A DNA stretch of 56,120 nucleotides from a virus (taxonomy: Duplodnaviria > Caudoviricetes): IMG/VR virus record IMGVR_UViG_3300021376_000071, positions 1 through 56,120 of that record; one strand, written 5' to 3'. The notes below the pieces were generated by a model. It ran no database searches. It worked only from the letters and a program-made list of their open reading frames with translations, and was not told the origin of the DNA. Numbering within the stretch: the stretch's first letter is position 1; each line of letters starts with the position of its first letter. Positions 29,478 through 40,291 of the stretch are shown in pieces. Made by a program: the position numbers and the translations under genes.

Positions 29478-32057
29478 TCAGCCTTTCCATCTAACAACGA
29501 CAATTCCTGAACCACCATTGCCACCTTTAGTACCCGCCCGATAGTGAGCACCGCCACCACCGCCACCACCAGTGTTTGCACCACCGTTACCACCTGGAGT
29601 GTTGGCCTGTTGGTTAGGACCTCCACCACCACCTGGTTGACCAGCGTTCAATCCAGCACCACCGCTTGTAGAACCAATGGCTCCACCGCCACCGCCTCCG
29701 TTACCACCATTACCACCAGTGGATGAAGAGTAAGCAGCACCTCCTCCTCCACCACCCCAGAAGTAGTTAGTTCCTAAAATGTTGCTTTGAATTCCCACAC
29801 CGCCGTTTGGTTGACTTGATGCGTCAGTACCATTACCACCAGCACCACCACCACCACCTGAGTAATACTGCGGTCCACCATTACCGCCACGGTTTCCGTA
29901 TTGGGTAAAGGAAATTAAACCGTTTTGGGATGCCGATAATTGGTTACCAGTACGCCCACGGCTGCCAGAGTTTCCGTCTGAATAACCAGAACCACCGCCA
30001 CCACTACCGCCAAAGCCAGCATAACCTTGAGAAGGGGAGTACTGCCAATAAGATGAACCACCAAATCCACCACCGTTCGCGACGATACTTACTCCGCCAG
30101 GTCCTGAAATGGTTGAGTTACCACCATTTGTACTGTTTACACTGTACTGGTGATTATCTCCGTTACCGTCTCTATTTGCACCACTACCGTTACCACCAGC
30201 ACCAACAGAAATGTTGTAAGTGCCTGACTGGGCTTGGAAAGTGCCAATAACGACACCTCCACCACCGCCACCACCTCCCATATCAAATCCGCCACCACCG
30301 CCACCTGCAACAACTAGGAATTCCAAAACTCCAGTTCCTGCAACAGTAAAGGTGTTGCTGCCTGTAGAAGTAAATGAAAGAACTTTGTAAGTCTCAGAAC
30401 CGACAGTAATAGATGTCGGACTTATGCTAGAGGTTACTTGCAAACCTGAAGAAGTTTCTAATTGAATATTGCTGTTATCAAGTCTGGTTACAAAATGATA
30501 GTCTTTTGTAAATCCGCTTCTAGTTATGGCTCCACCATTTGGGTAGGTGTATTTAACCATGTCCCCAGTAACTAATCCGTGGTTTTGAATGTGAATTATG
30601 TCTTTATCAATAGATACGCCAATTTTTTTAATAGTGAGTGTTCCAGAGTAAGAACCGTTAGAAAGAACTATATCGCTACCGCCAGGAGTTGCCGCTAACT
30701 TAATTTGAACAAGACCTGGAGCAACATCTACAACTAAGTTAAATGAAGAAATCCAATAGGTTGTGTTATTTGCTAATCCTCCAGGAACTGTTCCAGTAGA
30801 GGAAAGGAATACCATTGCTCCAACATATAGACCAGTAGACTGTGTGCTACCAGCGTTGTTTTGCATTTGGATGATTGCAGAACCCGTTGAAGTTGAGTTA
30901 ACAGTGCTTGTTGCACCTTCAGAGTTTGCTCCATCAAAATTCAATCCAGCACCCGCAGTTAAAGCAATCGTTGTTTGATTTTGGTTGTCGAGGTTATTAC
31001 CAGCAAATTTTTGAGCAAGATTTGCTTTACGGAAGGTTCCAGTCATTGAGACTGTTATATCGATGGCGTTACCATTAGGAGTTGCACTTACTTGGAATAC
31101 CGAAGAAGAAGTTCCAAGAAGATTATTAGTTTTTAAGTAAACTATTCCACGAGGTGCTGTAGCAAAATAGCCAGAAGATGCAGCGATGTTGTAGTAAAGA
31201 GGAGTTCCAATTTGGAGTCCTGAGAAAGTTTCTGCTGCTTGATGAGTTACTGTAAAAGTATCATCACCAGTGTTTACAGATGCGATTGTACTATCTGCAC
31301 CACCACTAGAGAACGATTTATTTGTTAAATCTAATGCGTATGTAGTTAAAGTGTTAGCACCATCAAATGTCTGTGCAGTTGCAGTGTTTGAAGAGTCAAA
31401 AGTTCTAGAACTTGTGTTAGATGCGTCAAACTCTTGTGAGATGGTGGAGTTTAGATTCAAGAAATAGAACGGAGTATTAACACCAAATCCATGAGGAGCA
31501 TCTGTTTTTAAAGTAAGTGTAGATTGTCCTTGAGCATTTGTAACAAGACCTTCAGAGTCTGAAATTTTAATTTGTGAACCTTGGAAGAACTGTCCTGTAA
31601 TAACAGAGGTATAAAGGTCAACAATAGAAGCAGTACTTAACTGATTTTGCTTGCTAAGGTAGGTAAGAGTTGTGCTATCTGGAATTGAGTTAATGATATA
31701 TGAGCCATCAGCAGTTAAGGACTTAGTTCCAGAAACGTTAATGGGGATACCAACAGCAAGACCATGAGGAAGAGAAGTTGTAATTTTTATTTCACGAGAA
31801 CCTGCAGTAGTAATCATGTCCACAAGGTTTGGAATTGTGGTGTCACCAGAAGCAGAAAAGAACGATGGAGTGTTGTTGATTAACTCAACTGTTTCCCACT
31901 TGGTTGGCTGCAGACCGTATTCAAAGTCCGTGTCGATGAGCGTCTGCGGCTCACTGACACGCAGTTTCGTTACGGGGTCAAGAAATTCAGCGGGGAAACG
32001 GATTTCTCCACCAACGCCACCACTGCTGCCTGTGCTACCGCCGAGAAAACCTGGCAT
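29478..32057 (-). CDS. virion fibre protein with C-terminal glycine-rich domain
   Basis: DPVTKLRVSEPQTLIDTDFEYG N-motif; FLVVAGGGGGG..GGNGGSGIVVVRW Gly-rich domain. Confidence 0.75.
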   Translation of the reverse strand: MPGFLGGSTGSSGGVGGEIRFPAEFLDPVTKLRVSEPQTLIDTDFEYGLQPTKWETVELINNTPSFFSASGDTTIPNLVDMITTAGSREIKITTSLPHGLAVGIPINVSGTKSLTADGSYIINSIPDSTTLTYLSKQNQLSTASIVDLYTSVITGQFFQGSQIKISDSEGLVTNAQGQSTLTLKTDAPHGFGVNTPFYFLNLNSTISQEFDASNTSSRTFDSSNTATAQTFDGANTLTTYALDLTNKSFSSGGADSTIASVNTGDDTFTVTHQAAETFSGLQIGTPLYYNIAASSGYFATAPRGIVYLKTNNLLGTSSSVFQVSATPNGNAIDITVSMTGTFRKANLAQKFAGNNLDNQNQTTIALTAGAGLNFDGANSEGATSTVNSTSTGSAIIQMQNNAGSTQSTGLYVGAMVFLSSTGTVPGGLANNTTYWISSFNLVVDVAPGLVQIKLAATPGGSDIVLSNGSYSGTLTIKKIGVSIDKDIIHIQNHGLVTGDMVKYTYPNGGAITRSGFTKDYHFVTRLDNSNIQLETSSGLQVTSSISPTSITVGSETYKVLSFTSTGSNTFTVAGTGVLEFLVVAGGGGGGFDMGGGGGGGGVVIGTFQAQSGTYNISVGAGGNGSGANRDGNGDNHQYSVNSTNGGNSTISGPGGVSIVANGGGFGGSSYWQYSPSQGYAGFGGSGGGGSGYSDGNSGSRGRTGNQLSASQNGLISFTQYGNRGGNGGPQYYSGGGGGAGGNGTDASSQPNGGVGIQSNILGTNYFWGGGGGGAAYSSSTGGNGGNGGGGGGAIGSTSGGAGLNAGQPGGGGGPNQQANTPGGNGGANTGGGGGGGAHYRAGTKGGNGGSGIVVVRWKG

Positions 32058-32077
32058 CAGTTTTTACCTTTCATTCA

Positions 32078-34051
32078 TTACGCTCCAAGCCACCATGATG
32101 TTGAAATCGCAAGCGTTCCTACTGTGCCTTGAGGACCAGTTGGACCAGCATTTCCTGATGCAACTTCTATCCATGCACCTTGAAAGAATACATAAGTTTT
32201 TGCGTTTTGAGTGTTAAACCAGCCGTCACCTGCATCTGCAGTTGCAGTAGATGGAGCGGTTGGACCTGTAGCAGTGAATTTACCAACAGGACCTGTTGGA
32301 CCAGTAGGACCTAACGGACCAGTAGGACCCGTGACTTGTGACTGTGGGCCAATAGGACCAGTAGGGCCAGTAGGTCCTGTAGGACCAGTCTCGCCTTTCT
32401 TGTCATAAATAGCGATAACACCAAGTTGTGCACCATCAGTTGAACTTTGATAAACAATATTTGCTGGTGCGTTTAGAGGAACAACATAAGTGATTATGTT
32501 TGGTGAAGAAGCACTGTACACACCAACAGCAGCATTGTTGCCTGTTGTTCCAGGAACTGTTGCACCGTTGTTTTCTGATAAACGAAGTGCAAATGGGTCG
32601 TTAACAACTAGACCACTGCAATCAAAGTAATAAGTTTCACCACGAACTAAAGTAAGGGTTGGGTTATCACCCTCAACGTCTGCAACTAAATATGCTGTAT
32701 TTCCTGAATTATTTGTAATTACAAACGTTGTTCCATTACGTGGACCCATAGGACCAGTAGGACCTGTAACTGATGGACCAGTCGAACCTGTTGGACCTGT
32801 AGGACCAACGAACGGACCTCCGCTTACCCAATCAGAGCCATTCCAAATATAAATGTTGCTATCTGCAGAAACTACGTATGCGTCACCAGAAGTATTTCCA
32901 GTTGAAGGAAGATTTCCAGTTGCTGAAACAACGCCTTTAACATTGATAGATGTTCCTTGTGCACCAGTTGGACCAGTCGGACCTTGCGAACCTGTAGGAC
33001 CAGTTACAGTTGAAGCAGGACCAGTAGCACCAGTTGGTCCAAGTGGACCAGTTGGACCAGTTACATCAGAAGCAGGACCAGTAGGTCCTGTTGGACCTTC
33101 AGGACCGATAGGACCAGTTGGTCCTGTTACGTTAGAAGCAGGTCCTGTTGCACCTGTTGGTCCTTGCAAACCTTGTGGACCAGTAACACCTTGAATATTA
33201 CCGACGTTTTGCCAACCACCTGCACCGCCATTTAATGACGGATTCCACACAACTAAATCGCCATTTGTTAAAAGGTAAGCATCACCAATTTGTCCTGTTG
33301 GTCTTGCTGCTACTAGTGTTTCAAAATCTGCGTACTCGCCTTTAATAACTGTTGCTGCACCAGCAGGACCAGTAGCACCTGTAGGTCCAGTTGGTCCTAC
33401 AACGTTTGAATCAGCACCAGTTGAACCTGTTGGACCTGTTGGGCCAACATTGCCTTGTGCACCTGTAGGTCCTGTAGGTCCTTGATTACCTTGTTGACCT
33501 TGAGACCCTGTTGGTCCTGTTGGTCCTTCAATACCTTGAATACCTTGCGGACCAGTTGGGCCAGTTGGTCCTATAGGACCAGTAGGGCCAGTTACATTTG
33601 AAGGAAGTCCTTGAATACCTTCTGGACCTGTTGGACCAGTCGGTCCCAATGGACCTTGTGGGCCAGTTGCACCATCAACACCAATAACACCATCAAAACC
33701 ACGTGGACCAGTAGGACCAGTAGGACCTAAACCACCTTCAGGACCAGTAGGTCCTGCTGCACCTGTTTCACCTAACGGACCACGAGGACCAGTTGCACCA
33801 GTTGGTCCAGTTACACCTTCAAAACCACGAGGACCAGTTGGTCCTGTTGGTCCAGTTACAGCAGGACCTGTAGGACCTGTTGCACCAATTGGACCTGTTG
33901 CACCAGTTGCTGATGCAGAACCTGCAGGACCCGTTGGTCCAGTTGGACCTGAAGGACCAGTAAAGCCACGAGGACCTCGTTGATTAGGAACACCAGGAAG
34001 TAACGATGGGTCAATCTCTGGATACTTAGGACTGTTCGGATTAATTGGCAT
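32078..34051 (-). CDS. long collagen-like (GPT) fibre protein
   Basis: Several Gly-X-Y blocks separated by G(D)AY..W..W..G modules and a [14 protein letters not shown] domain. Confidence 0.85.
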   Translation of the reverse strand: MPINPNSPKYPEIDPSLLPGVPNQRGPRGFTGPSGPTGPTGPAGSASATGATGPIGATGPTGPAVTGPTGPTGPRGFEGVTGPTGATGPRGPLGETGAAGPTGPEGGLGPTGPTGPRGFDGVIGVDGATGPQGPLGPTGPTGPEGIQGLPSNVTGPTGPIGPTGPTGPQGIQGIEGPTGPTGSQGQQGNQGPTGPTGAQGNVGPTGPTGSTGADSNVVGPTGPTGATGPAGAATVIKGEYADFETLVAARPTGQIGDAYLLTNGDLVVWNPSLNGGAGGWQNVGNIQGVTGPQGLQGPTGATGPASNVTGPTGPIGPEGPTGPTGPASDVTGPTGPLGPTGATGPASTVTGPTGSQGPTGPTGAQGTSINVKGVVSATGNLPSTGNTSGDAYVVSADSNIYIWNGSDWVSGGPFVGPTGPTGSTGPSVTGPTGPMGPRNGTTFVITNNSGNTAYLVADVEGDNPTLTLVRGETYYFDCSGLVVNDPFALRLSENNGATVPGTTGNNAAVGVYSASSPNIITYVVPLNAPANIVYQSSTDGAQLGVIAIYDKKGETGPTGPTGPTGPIGPQSQVTGPTGPLGPTGPTGPVGKFTATGPTAPSTATADAGDGWFNTQNAKTYVFFQGAWIEVASGNAGPTGPQGTVGTLAISTSWWLGA

Positions 34052-35103
34052 TATGTAGTCACCTCACGAACAGTAAAGAATTTGCCAGCCTTGTAGGTTT
34101 CTTTACGACCATCTGAGTCATATACACACTGGACATCCCAATACATTCTTTGTGCAAGCCTTCTCGTTTGTTCCTGCGTCAAACTTAAGGTAATAGTATG
34201 ACTTGTATTTGACGTTGATGTGACCGTAACTGTGAACGGCATGTGGGACTGTTCTACCCCAGCCTTCCACCTAATGTTTGCAATAACGCCTTTATTGGTG
34301 AGGTTTCCTGTATACGGAATGGAGTAGGAGAACGCCACGTCTTGATATGCGGTAAGTTCCACAGAGTCATAAGGGTGCTCTGATGGTTGGTCTCCGTAAC
34401 TTGGTCTTGGAACTTCAACTCGTTCTGGGTATGAGTAATCGTCCACCTCCTGTGGTCGGTAAATTGGTACATAGTGATTTGTTTTTTTAGAAATTCTGCG
34501 GAATGTAAATACTTCGATGCGGTACATGCCAATACCAAGCAAGATGCAGAGTTCACGGTACTGGTCTTTACGAGCCTGAATCATGTCCATGATTTGGCGA
34601 TAGCGTTCAGAACGCGGAATTGTTACTCCGTCTGGAGCAAAGACGTTAATATCGAATGAAGCATCTGTGGCTAGTGTGTAGAGAGCCAACGTAGATGCAA
34701 GAAGTGCTACAGGATAAACTTCAACGGCTGGAAGGTTATCTATTGTCTGAATACGACCAAGAGAATCGGTACGGTTATTAGAGTGCTGTAGTAAAGCAGT
34801 CTCTACAAATCTTTGAATTTCCGCTGTTGTGTAATAGCGGAAATAGTTTCCTGAAACAGTAATCTCAACGCCATCAACAGGAACGTTGTCAGAAACAAGA
34901 ACACCTGTGTGTTCTTCTATAGAACATTGGTTTGAAACATCAACGCCATCAAAAGCAACATAAACGCCAGAAGCATCTAAAGGCGAATAATGAAGTGTAA
35001 ATCTGTTGGTAGTTCCGTCTGCTGTAAACTGCATGACGAACGACTTAGAAAGGTCGCCAATCTCGGACCGTACTAAATCGGTTAGACTTTGTACGGTAGC
35101 CAC
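34051..35103 (-). CDS. head-tail adaptor/neck protein
   Basis: [27 protein letters not shown]; follows the capsid genes; GGAGG RBS. Confidence 0.65.
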   Translation of the reverse strand: MATVQSLTDLVRSEIGDLSKSFVMQFTADGTTNRFTLHYSPLDASGVYVAFDGVDVSNQCSIEEHTGVLVSDNVPVDGVEITVSGNYFRYYTTAEIQRFVETALLQHSNNRTDSLGRIQTIDNLPAVEVYPVALLASTLALYTLATDASFDINVFAPDGVTIPRSERYRQIMDMIQARKDQYRELCILLGIGMYRIEVFTFRRISKKTNHYVPIYRPQEVDDYSYPERVEVPRPSYGDQPSEHPYDSVELTAYQDVAFSYSIPYTGNLTNKGVIANIRWKAGVEQSHMPFTVTVTSTSNTSHTITLSLTQEQTRRLAQRMYWDVQCVYDSDGRKETYKAGKFFTVREVTT

Positions 35104-35176
35104 TTATCCTCCATGCAGTTGAATCCTCATCGCTTATAATCTCTAACTAATTGAATTTAGTCAGCCCAAAAAAGGG

Positions 35177-35222
35177 TACTCCTCACTCTGGGAGGAGGGC
35201 GGAAACCAGAAGTGAGGAGTAC
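35177..35222. terminator. stem-loop downstream of the capsid-associated gene
   Basis: GTACTCCTCACT-CTGG..CCAG-AAGTGAGGAGTAC inverted repeat, followed by a T-tract on the minus strand. Confidence 0.7.
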
Positions 35223-35235
35223 GACTGTTGACGGC

Positions 35236-35607
35236 TTAGTTGGGCCGCCAGATGTAACCTAGACCTTCAAGATAATCTGCGAGGTCACGAGAGACTGAGT
35301 ACTTAACTCCAGCCTTAAATGAGTAAGTGTTTCCTACACCGTAAGTCATCTCATCAATGTCTGTAATGGTGCGAATGATTACCTTGTCATTTGCAAGTGA
35401 TACGCCAACTTCTTGAATCTCGTCTAGAACAATCGGTGCGTCTGGTTTCTTAGGGTCAAATACGTCCCGTTCCAGACTTTCTCTTTCAATCTCCGCTGCT
35501 ACAGAAATTTCTTCCTGACGCTTACGGAGGGCTTCCGCGTTCTTTTTTGTTGCTGTCTCTGCTGCACGTCCTGTTGCATCCAGAGGTGATGTTGGTTTGT
35601 TTGCCAC
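35236..35607 (-). CDS. capsid-adjacent hypothetical protein
   Basis: GTG start at 35607 with AGGAG RBS; C-terminal YSFKAGVKYSVSRDLADYLEGLGYI. Confidence 0.65.
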   Translation of the reverse strand: MANKPTSPLDATGRAAETATKKNAEALRKRQEEISVAAEIERESLERDVFDPKKPDAPIVLDEIQEVGVSLANDKVIIRTITDIDEMTYGVGNTYSFKAGVKYSVSRDLADYLEGLGYIWRPN

Positions 35608-35638
35608 GATGTTCGTTCTCCTAACTATATTTTTTGTT

Positions 35639-35677
35639 GCGGATGAGTCCCAAAGAAGGAGTATGGGACTCATCCGC
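35639..35677. terminator. 14-bp hairpin after the major capsid gene (terminator or mRNA stabiliser)
   Basis: GCGGATGAGTCCCA..TGGGACTCATCCGC perfect inverted repeat; no U-tract on the minus strand. Confidence 0.7.
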
Positions 35678-35691
35678 TTGCTTAACAATTA

Positions 35692-36804
35692 TTAAGCAGT
35701 GTAGACCTTGCAGATAGCCTGGTCTGTGATAACGCCAAGTCCCCAAATTGCGTACCAAGCAAGGGCATGCTCACGACCGAAGTCAAGAACGCCACCATCG
35801 CGTAGTTCAACTGGAAGAGAAATTGCGTGACCAAATGCGTTGTCACCAATCATGAGTGATTCGTAGACATCAACTGCAGTTGTACCTGCTGGAGCAGACT
35901 GTCCTGGGTTTTCTGGGTTTCCACCAGTACCAGGAGCGGTGTTTGCCTTTACAGGAACTTCACCCTGGTCAGCAGGTGCACCAATGATGCTGCTGTAGTT
36001 AACAGCAGTTCCTGATGCAATCTTCTTGACCTGAGTTGTCTCAATGAAGACTACGTCGTAGAGACGACCAATCTCACCAAGCATGAAGTTACCAGGAGCA
36101 GCATACTTCGTGACTTCAATGAACTCTGGGTTCGAACGGATGTCACGTGACTGCTTTGGATGAATGAACTGTACATAAGTTTCACCCAACCTTGGAATGT
36201 TCTTTGATGCAAGAGTCAACGCTGCGTCCTTAACGGCTGCGGTTGTCAACTTGTCATTTGCTCCGATGTCAGCAATACCTGTTGCAGGTGTTCCTTCATC
36301 GTAGTTTGTGAAGGCTCCACCAGTGATGCCTGAGCGGTCGTAACCGAATACTGCAGAAGTTGCAGCACCGAGTGTGTTACGTGCTTGTACATCTAGGTAT
36401 TGAGCCATGTGGCGACCAAGAAGACGTGAAGCAGATGCCATTACGTCATCGAAGGAAGCGTTGAGAAGTAGTTCAGAAACTGCTACTGCGTAGCCGTGCT
36501 CTGCAACTGTAATTGCGATTTGGTCCGCTGTAAGAGCATTAGTGGTTAGACGAACACCTTCAGTAAGAGGTGTTGGGTCTACGCTAAAGTTCTTGTAACG
36601 GAGGAAGTTAACGCGAAGACCTGGTGCTACACCAAGTTCGGTCTTCTTTACTGCAAACTGTTCGAAGCGAAGAATCGGCATCGCTTGGAACAGGATTTCC
36701 TTAGACCAGATGGTCTGAATGGCTTGTGAGAGGGAGGTGTTGCTACCTGAATACGCGGTAGGTGCACCTGCTAGTTCACTTGAGCCAGTAATTGCTGATG
36801 CCAT
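35692..36804 (-). CDS. major capsid protein (N4-gp56-like, HK97 fold)
   Basis: PLTEGV..ITVAEHG..FIHP..GEIGRLYDVVFIET..DFGR..AWYAIWG; follows the scaffold gene. Confidence 0.92.
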   Translation of the reverse strand: MASAITGSSELAGAPTAYSGSNTSLSQAIQTIWSKEILFQAMPILRFEQFAVKKTELGVAPGLRVNFLRYKNFSVDPTPLTEGVRLTTNALTADQIAITVAEHGYAVAVSELLLNASFDDVMASASRLLGRHMAQYLDVQARNTLGAATSAVFGYDRSGITGGAFTNYDEGTPATGIADIGANDKLTTAAVKDAALTLASKNIPRLGETYVQFIHPKQSRDIRSNPEFIEVTKYAAPGNFMLGEIGRLYDVVFIETTQVKKIASGTAVNYSSIIGAPADQGEVPVKANTAPGTGGNPENPGQSAPAGTTAVDVYESLMIGDNAFGHAISLPVELRDGGVLDFGREHALAWYAIWGLGVITDQAICKVYTA

Positions 36805-36847
36805 TTTGGAATCAGTCCTTTCCTGTTAGATGGTTAGTTGTTTGGGC

Positions 36848-37600
36848 TTACCCGAACAGTCCCCGACCGCGATTGTTTGATGCTTCGCCAAGTAATTTGG
36901 CTCTGTTCTTCGCATAGTCTGCCAAAGACATTTCCCGAATTGAATCGGGAGTGTACATTTTTGAATCCGAATTGGTGTCCAGAGGTCCTGACGCAGGAGC
37001 AGTAATACGTGCTCCCGCCATTTCTCTGCGAGCACTGGACATAGCCTGTGCTGCTGAGTCGAGAATACGAGCAGATTTGTCTTTCAAACTTGCGATGCTC
37101 TGCTCTACTTCATCGCGGTTACTACCTTCAATCAAATCTATGAGTTCAGGAATGATGTTGTCGCGTTCCTGCTCAAGTCTCTGTTGACGGTACTGCATTA
37201 GTTCTTGGAACGTGCGTTCCTGCTCCAACAATGCAAAAGCACGTTCTCTTTCGAGACGCTCTGCTTCCAACTGTTGCTGGAACTCTTGCTCTTTTTTAGT
37301 AAGAAGAGCACGGATGTCCATATCTTCTTCTAACTTCTTTTGATGTTCAGCCTCAGCGAGTTGACGTTGCCGTTCTTCCTCTGCTGCTCTGTCGTCACGC
37401 TCCTTCTTCAAGGTTGCGAGTTCTTCTTTCAACTTTTCGAGTTGAGGATAGAGTTTTGCCTTTTCTTGTTCACGAGCACGAACGATGTCGTCCTGCGTGA
37501 AGTTCAAGTTAGGCTCCTCTACCTTTTGAGACACGCTTTCCATGACTGGAGTCGCAGCCTCTGGTATTGCTGAATCAACTAATACTTCTTGGTTATCCAT
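36848..37600 (-). CDS. capsid scaffolding protein
   Basis: FTQDDIVRAREQEKAKLY, long Glu/Gln coiled coil, MSLADYAKNR C-terminus; lies between portal and MCP. Confidence 0.85.
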   Translation of the reverse strand: MDNQEVLVDSAIPEAATPVMESVSQKVEEPNLNFTQDDIVRAREQEKAKLYPQLEKLKEELATLKKERDDRAAEEERQRQLAEAEHQKKLEEDMDIRALLTKKEQEFQQQLEAERLERERAFALLEQERTFQELMQYRQQRLEQERDNIIPELIDLIEGSNRDEVEQSIASLKDKSARILDSAAQAMSSARREMAGARITAPASGPLDTNSDSKMYTPDSIREMSLADYAKNRAKLLGEASNNRGRGLFG

Positions 37601-37725
37601 AATTGCACATCTCTTTTCTTTGTCGTTGTCCGAGTGTGGATTTCTCCACGTGCCACGCTTATTAGCAGATAATTACACAGTGTTAACTGATAATTGTCTG
37701 CATAAATCAAATTTTTTCATTTGAT

Positions 37726-39468
37726 TTAGGAGTTGTCTCTGTCAACTGCCCTTCGCTGTGGAATTTTGGTTCCATAGGCTTCGGTGACTAGTTTCTCTCT
37801 CAAACCAGCCTCTGTCTGTGCCTCCATAGCGGCAGCAGCCTGAGTCTCAGGGTCTTGAAGGTTGTCAGGAGTTGGTGCTCCATCAATCTTGTCACCCATA
37901 ATGTCCCCATCAGCCAACTGTGTTGGTTGTAGAGGAATAGCACTATTTCCATCAGGACCTGGCATCATGCCAGTCATGTCTTGGATTTCTTTCTGAATTT
38001 GAACCTTCATAAGTTGCAACGCACCATCAGAAACAGCGTCATCACGCAATTCTGAACGAATCTCTGCCAACTTCTCTTCTGGGAACTCTTCTCCCAAACT
38101 ACGTAGAGCACCTTCTTTAGACTCAAGACCCATACCAAGTTTGGTTTGAATCTCATTAAGAATGATTAGTTTGTCTAGTGGAAGTGGGGGTGGGAATTGA
38201 ACATAATTCTGATAAGTCAAAGGGTCATTTGGGTCAAGACGAGTTAGTTGACCTTGTTTAATTGGGCCATCTTCTTCAGGGTTGTAACCCAAAGAATCAG
38301 GCTCCTTAAGAGCAAGGTGAAGAATAATTAATTCGTTAATCTTTTCAATACCCGCTCCGTATTGAGCAACTTTTTGAGAATAACGATTCATCAAAGGCTG
38401 ATACTGAATGGAAAGAGCAACACCTGATGTATTTGAAATTGGCTGAACTTGTCCCAAAGCAGTCTCTGGAATGTTCATCATTTCGTGCATAGAACGCTTT
38501 AGAAGTTCAAGGTACTTCAGTGCACCGTCGATACCAGATGCTCCGCCTTCAAGGTTAAACACCTGACTATCTTTTGGAAGACCTCCCCAAACTTTCTTTG
38601 GACCCTTTTCAAGGTTAGAAGCCTTTGCTCCAACGATAACTGTTACAGGTGCAGCGTGATAGTTAATGATGTCTGCAATATCTGTTGAAATTTCGTTGTA
38701 AGAACGATTAATTGTAATAATGTCATGGCAGTCAGAAAGTCCCCAAGGTGAACCAGCGACAGGGATATTTGGAATGTGAACGATTGGGATTACACCTAGT
38801 GGATTTGGACGTGAATCAATCAACTCATCGTTAATGTATTCCTCAATAACATCGTCAGTAAGAATTTCAGTATATGTAAATACCTGACGAGTACCTTCTA
38901 AAGAAGTTCCCCAGAAACGGTACTTTTGCTTAAAACGCAGTAAACGAGTTCTGTCATGTGGGTGGAACTCTGGAAAACAAAAAGCGGAGTTCATAGGAAG
39001 GATGCGAACACGTCCTGGATGATTTCTACCTGCTGAATCTTGCCAAGGCTCTTCGTATGCAACCTTTACAAAACAATCTCCTGTAATACCACCGCTTTGT
39101 GCCATTTCAAATAGCACACGCATTTTGTCGTTATCAACTTCCCAAACACGTTGTAATCTGTCTGGAATGATTGCTTCTGTTGCTTTAGGGCTACGGTAGT
39201 GGATGCCCTTACCAAAAGTAAATCTTGCTAAAAAGTCATTAAACGCTCTGTAATAATTTACTGCAATTTGCATTTCGCCTTGTTCACGACGATAACCCCA
39301 GTGATGTCCTAAATACATCGCCCAGTTAAGTGAGTAGCGATTTAAACGAGGACCATGGACTTCAAACTCTTCATCTGCTAACTCCACAAGTCCAAGTGGA
39401 GAGATTGAAATTGTTAAATCAGAAGACGCTGCACGATACGACGGCGGGGAGAAGTCAATGAAACTCAT
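37726..39468 (-). CDS. portal protein (SPP1 gp6-like)
   Basis: VNYYRAF..GDCFVKV..NPLGVIPIVHIPN..WGLSD..SGVAL. Confidence 0.9.
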   Translation of the reverse strand: MSFIDFSPPSYRAASSDLTISISPLGLVELADEEFEVHGPRLNRYSLNWAMYLGHHWGYRREQGEMQIAVNYYRAFNDFLARFTFGKGIHYRSPKATEAIIPDRLQRVWEVDNDKMRVLFEMAQSGGITGDCFVKVAYEEPWQDSAGRNHPGRVRILPMNSAFCFPEFHPHDRTRLLRFKQKYRFWGTSLEGTRQVFTYTEILTDDVIEEYINDELIDSRPNPLGVIPIVHIPNIPVAGSPWGLSDCHDIITINRSYNEISTDIADIINYHAAPVTVIVGAKASNLEKGPKKVWGGLPKDSQVFNLEGGASGIDGALKYLELLKRSMHEMMNIPETALGQVQPISNTSGVALSIQYQPLMNRYSQKVAQYGAGIEKINELIILHLALKEPDSLGYNPEEDGPIKQGQLTRLDPNDPLTYQNYVQFPPPLPLDKLIILNEIQTKLGMGLESKEGALRSLGEEFPEEKLAEIRSELRDDAVSDGALQLMKVQIQKEIQDMTGMMPGPDGNSAIPLQPTQLADGDIMGDKIDGAPTPDNLQDPETQAAAAMEAQTEAGLREKLVTEAYGTKIPQRRAVDRDNS

Positions 39469-39471
39469 CTG

Positions 39472-39735
39472 TTACTTCTTGTCCTTGTCACGTTTGCTGC
39501 CCTTTTTCTTTTTAAAGTCTAATCCTCTGGCTTTTTTCTGTTTAGTGAACTGTTTCTCTGACAACTTCTGTTGCTTGTAAACAGGGTCACTAGTGTTGAT
39601 AAACTTACCACCAGATTGTTCATATTTTTGGTGAACCCAGTGACTTGCAGCAGGATTTGGGTACGTAGAAAACTTCGCTCTGGCTTGAGCAATAATCATT
39701 TGCCAAAGTTTTAAGTTCGCAGGTTTCTCAGCCAC
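39472..39735 (-). CDS. small basic protein
   Basis: ARAKFSTYPNPAASHWVHQKYEQSGGKF; Lys-rich tail. Confidence 0.65.
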   Translation of the reverse strand: MAEKPANLKLWQMIIAQARAKFSTYPNPAASHWVHQKYEQSGGKFINTSDPVYKQQKLSEKQFTKQKKARGLDFKKKKGSKRDKDKK

Positions 39736-39750
39736 CGTAATCCTCTATAC

Positions 39751-39787
39751 CTTTAGGCCCCCTAGCCTAATGCCAGGGGGACCAAAG
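39751..39787 (-). terminator. stem-loop
   Basis: CCCCCTGGC-attag-GCTAGGGGG; the G:U pair is compatible with the minus strand. Confidence 0.55.
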
Positions 39788-39800
39788 TTCTACTATCTAA

Positions 39801-40196
39801 TTAGTCGTTTACGACTGTTGGAGCAACGCGTTGTGTGCGTCCTCCTGACCGAGCAACAACTTCAACCTTCTGCTCTGCATAGTCAGTGAATGACCCATGT
39901 GAGAACTCAGAAAGAAATGTTGGTGCTTCAGTCCATGCAGCAGAGCCAACGTGGGCACGTGCTTGCATTGTTTCTGCAGCAGTTTTTGTGTGAACTGGTG
40001 CATTGCGATTTGGACGACCAGGTGCTGCAGCGTAGCCATTTGCAATACCAGTCTGGAAATCGTTTGGAACATCGGTATCAGTTGCAATACCTTCTTCGAA
40101 GCGAAGTGGTCCACGGCGTTCTGGATTACCCCACTGCTTTACTTCGTAAACATTGTCTCCCTTTTCAGGAAACTGTGGATTTGGTGCTAGTGTCAT
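39801..40196 (-). CDS. hypothetical protein between terminase and portal
   Basis: 131 aa, AGGAG RBS; RGPLRFEEGIATDTDVP. Confidence 0.7.
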   Translation of the reverse strand: MTLAPNPQFPEKGDNVYEVKQWGNPERRGPLRFEEGIATDTDVPNDFQTGIANGYAAAPGRPNRNAPVHTKTAAETMQARAHVGSAAWTEAPTFLSEFSHGSFTDYAEQKVEVVARSGGRTQRVAPTVVND

Positions 40197-40291
40197 TTAA
40201 GACTCCTAAACTCTAGAGTTGTTTATCGGAACGGCCTATTCCAGGTATGAGTTTGACGGATTTCAACGATTTAGTAATGTCAAACTAAGAA

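Noticed and set aside
29469-29480. Stop-codon readthrough fusing the two giant fibre genes
   Set aside because: The ORFs are in frame but separated by two consecutive stops (TGA TAA). Genes elsewhere use all three stops normally, so there is no sign of recoding.
21600-34000. GGACCAGT/GGTCCTGT DNA repeats as a CRISPR array or DGR template/variable repeats
   Set aside because: They are in-frame Gly-Pro-Thr collagen codons. There are no unique spacers, no adenine-specific mismatched pair and no reverse transcriptase.
6061-40291. Shared late-promoter motif (CTAAA ... GAGA(C/T)(A/T)AT) upstream of 6060, 35103 and 40196
   Set aside because: Spacing is inconsistent and there are too few instances to separate it from chance without motif-discovery software.
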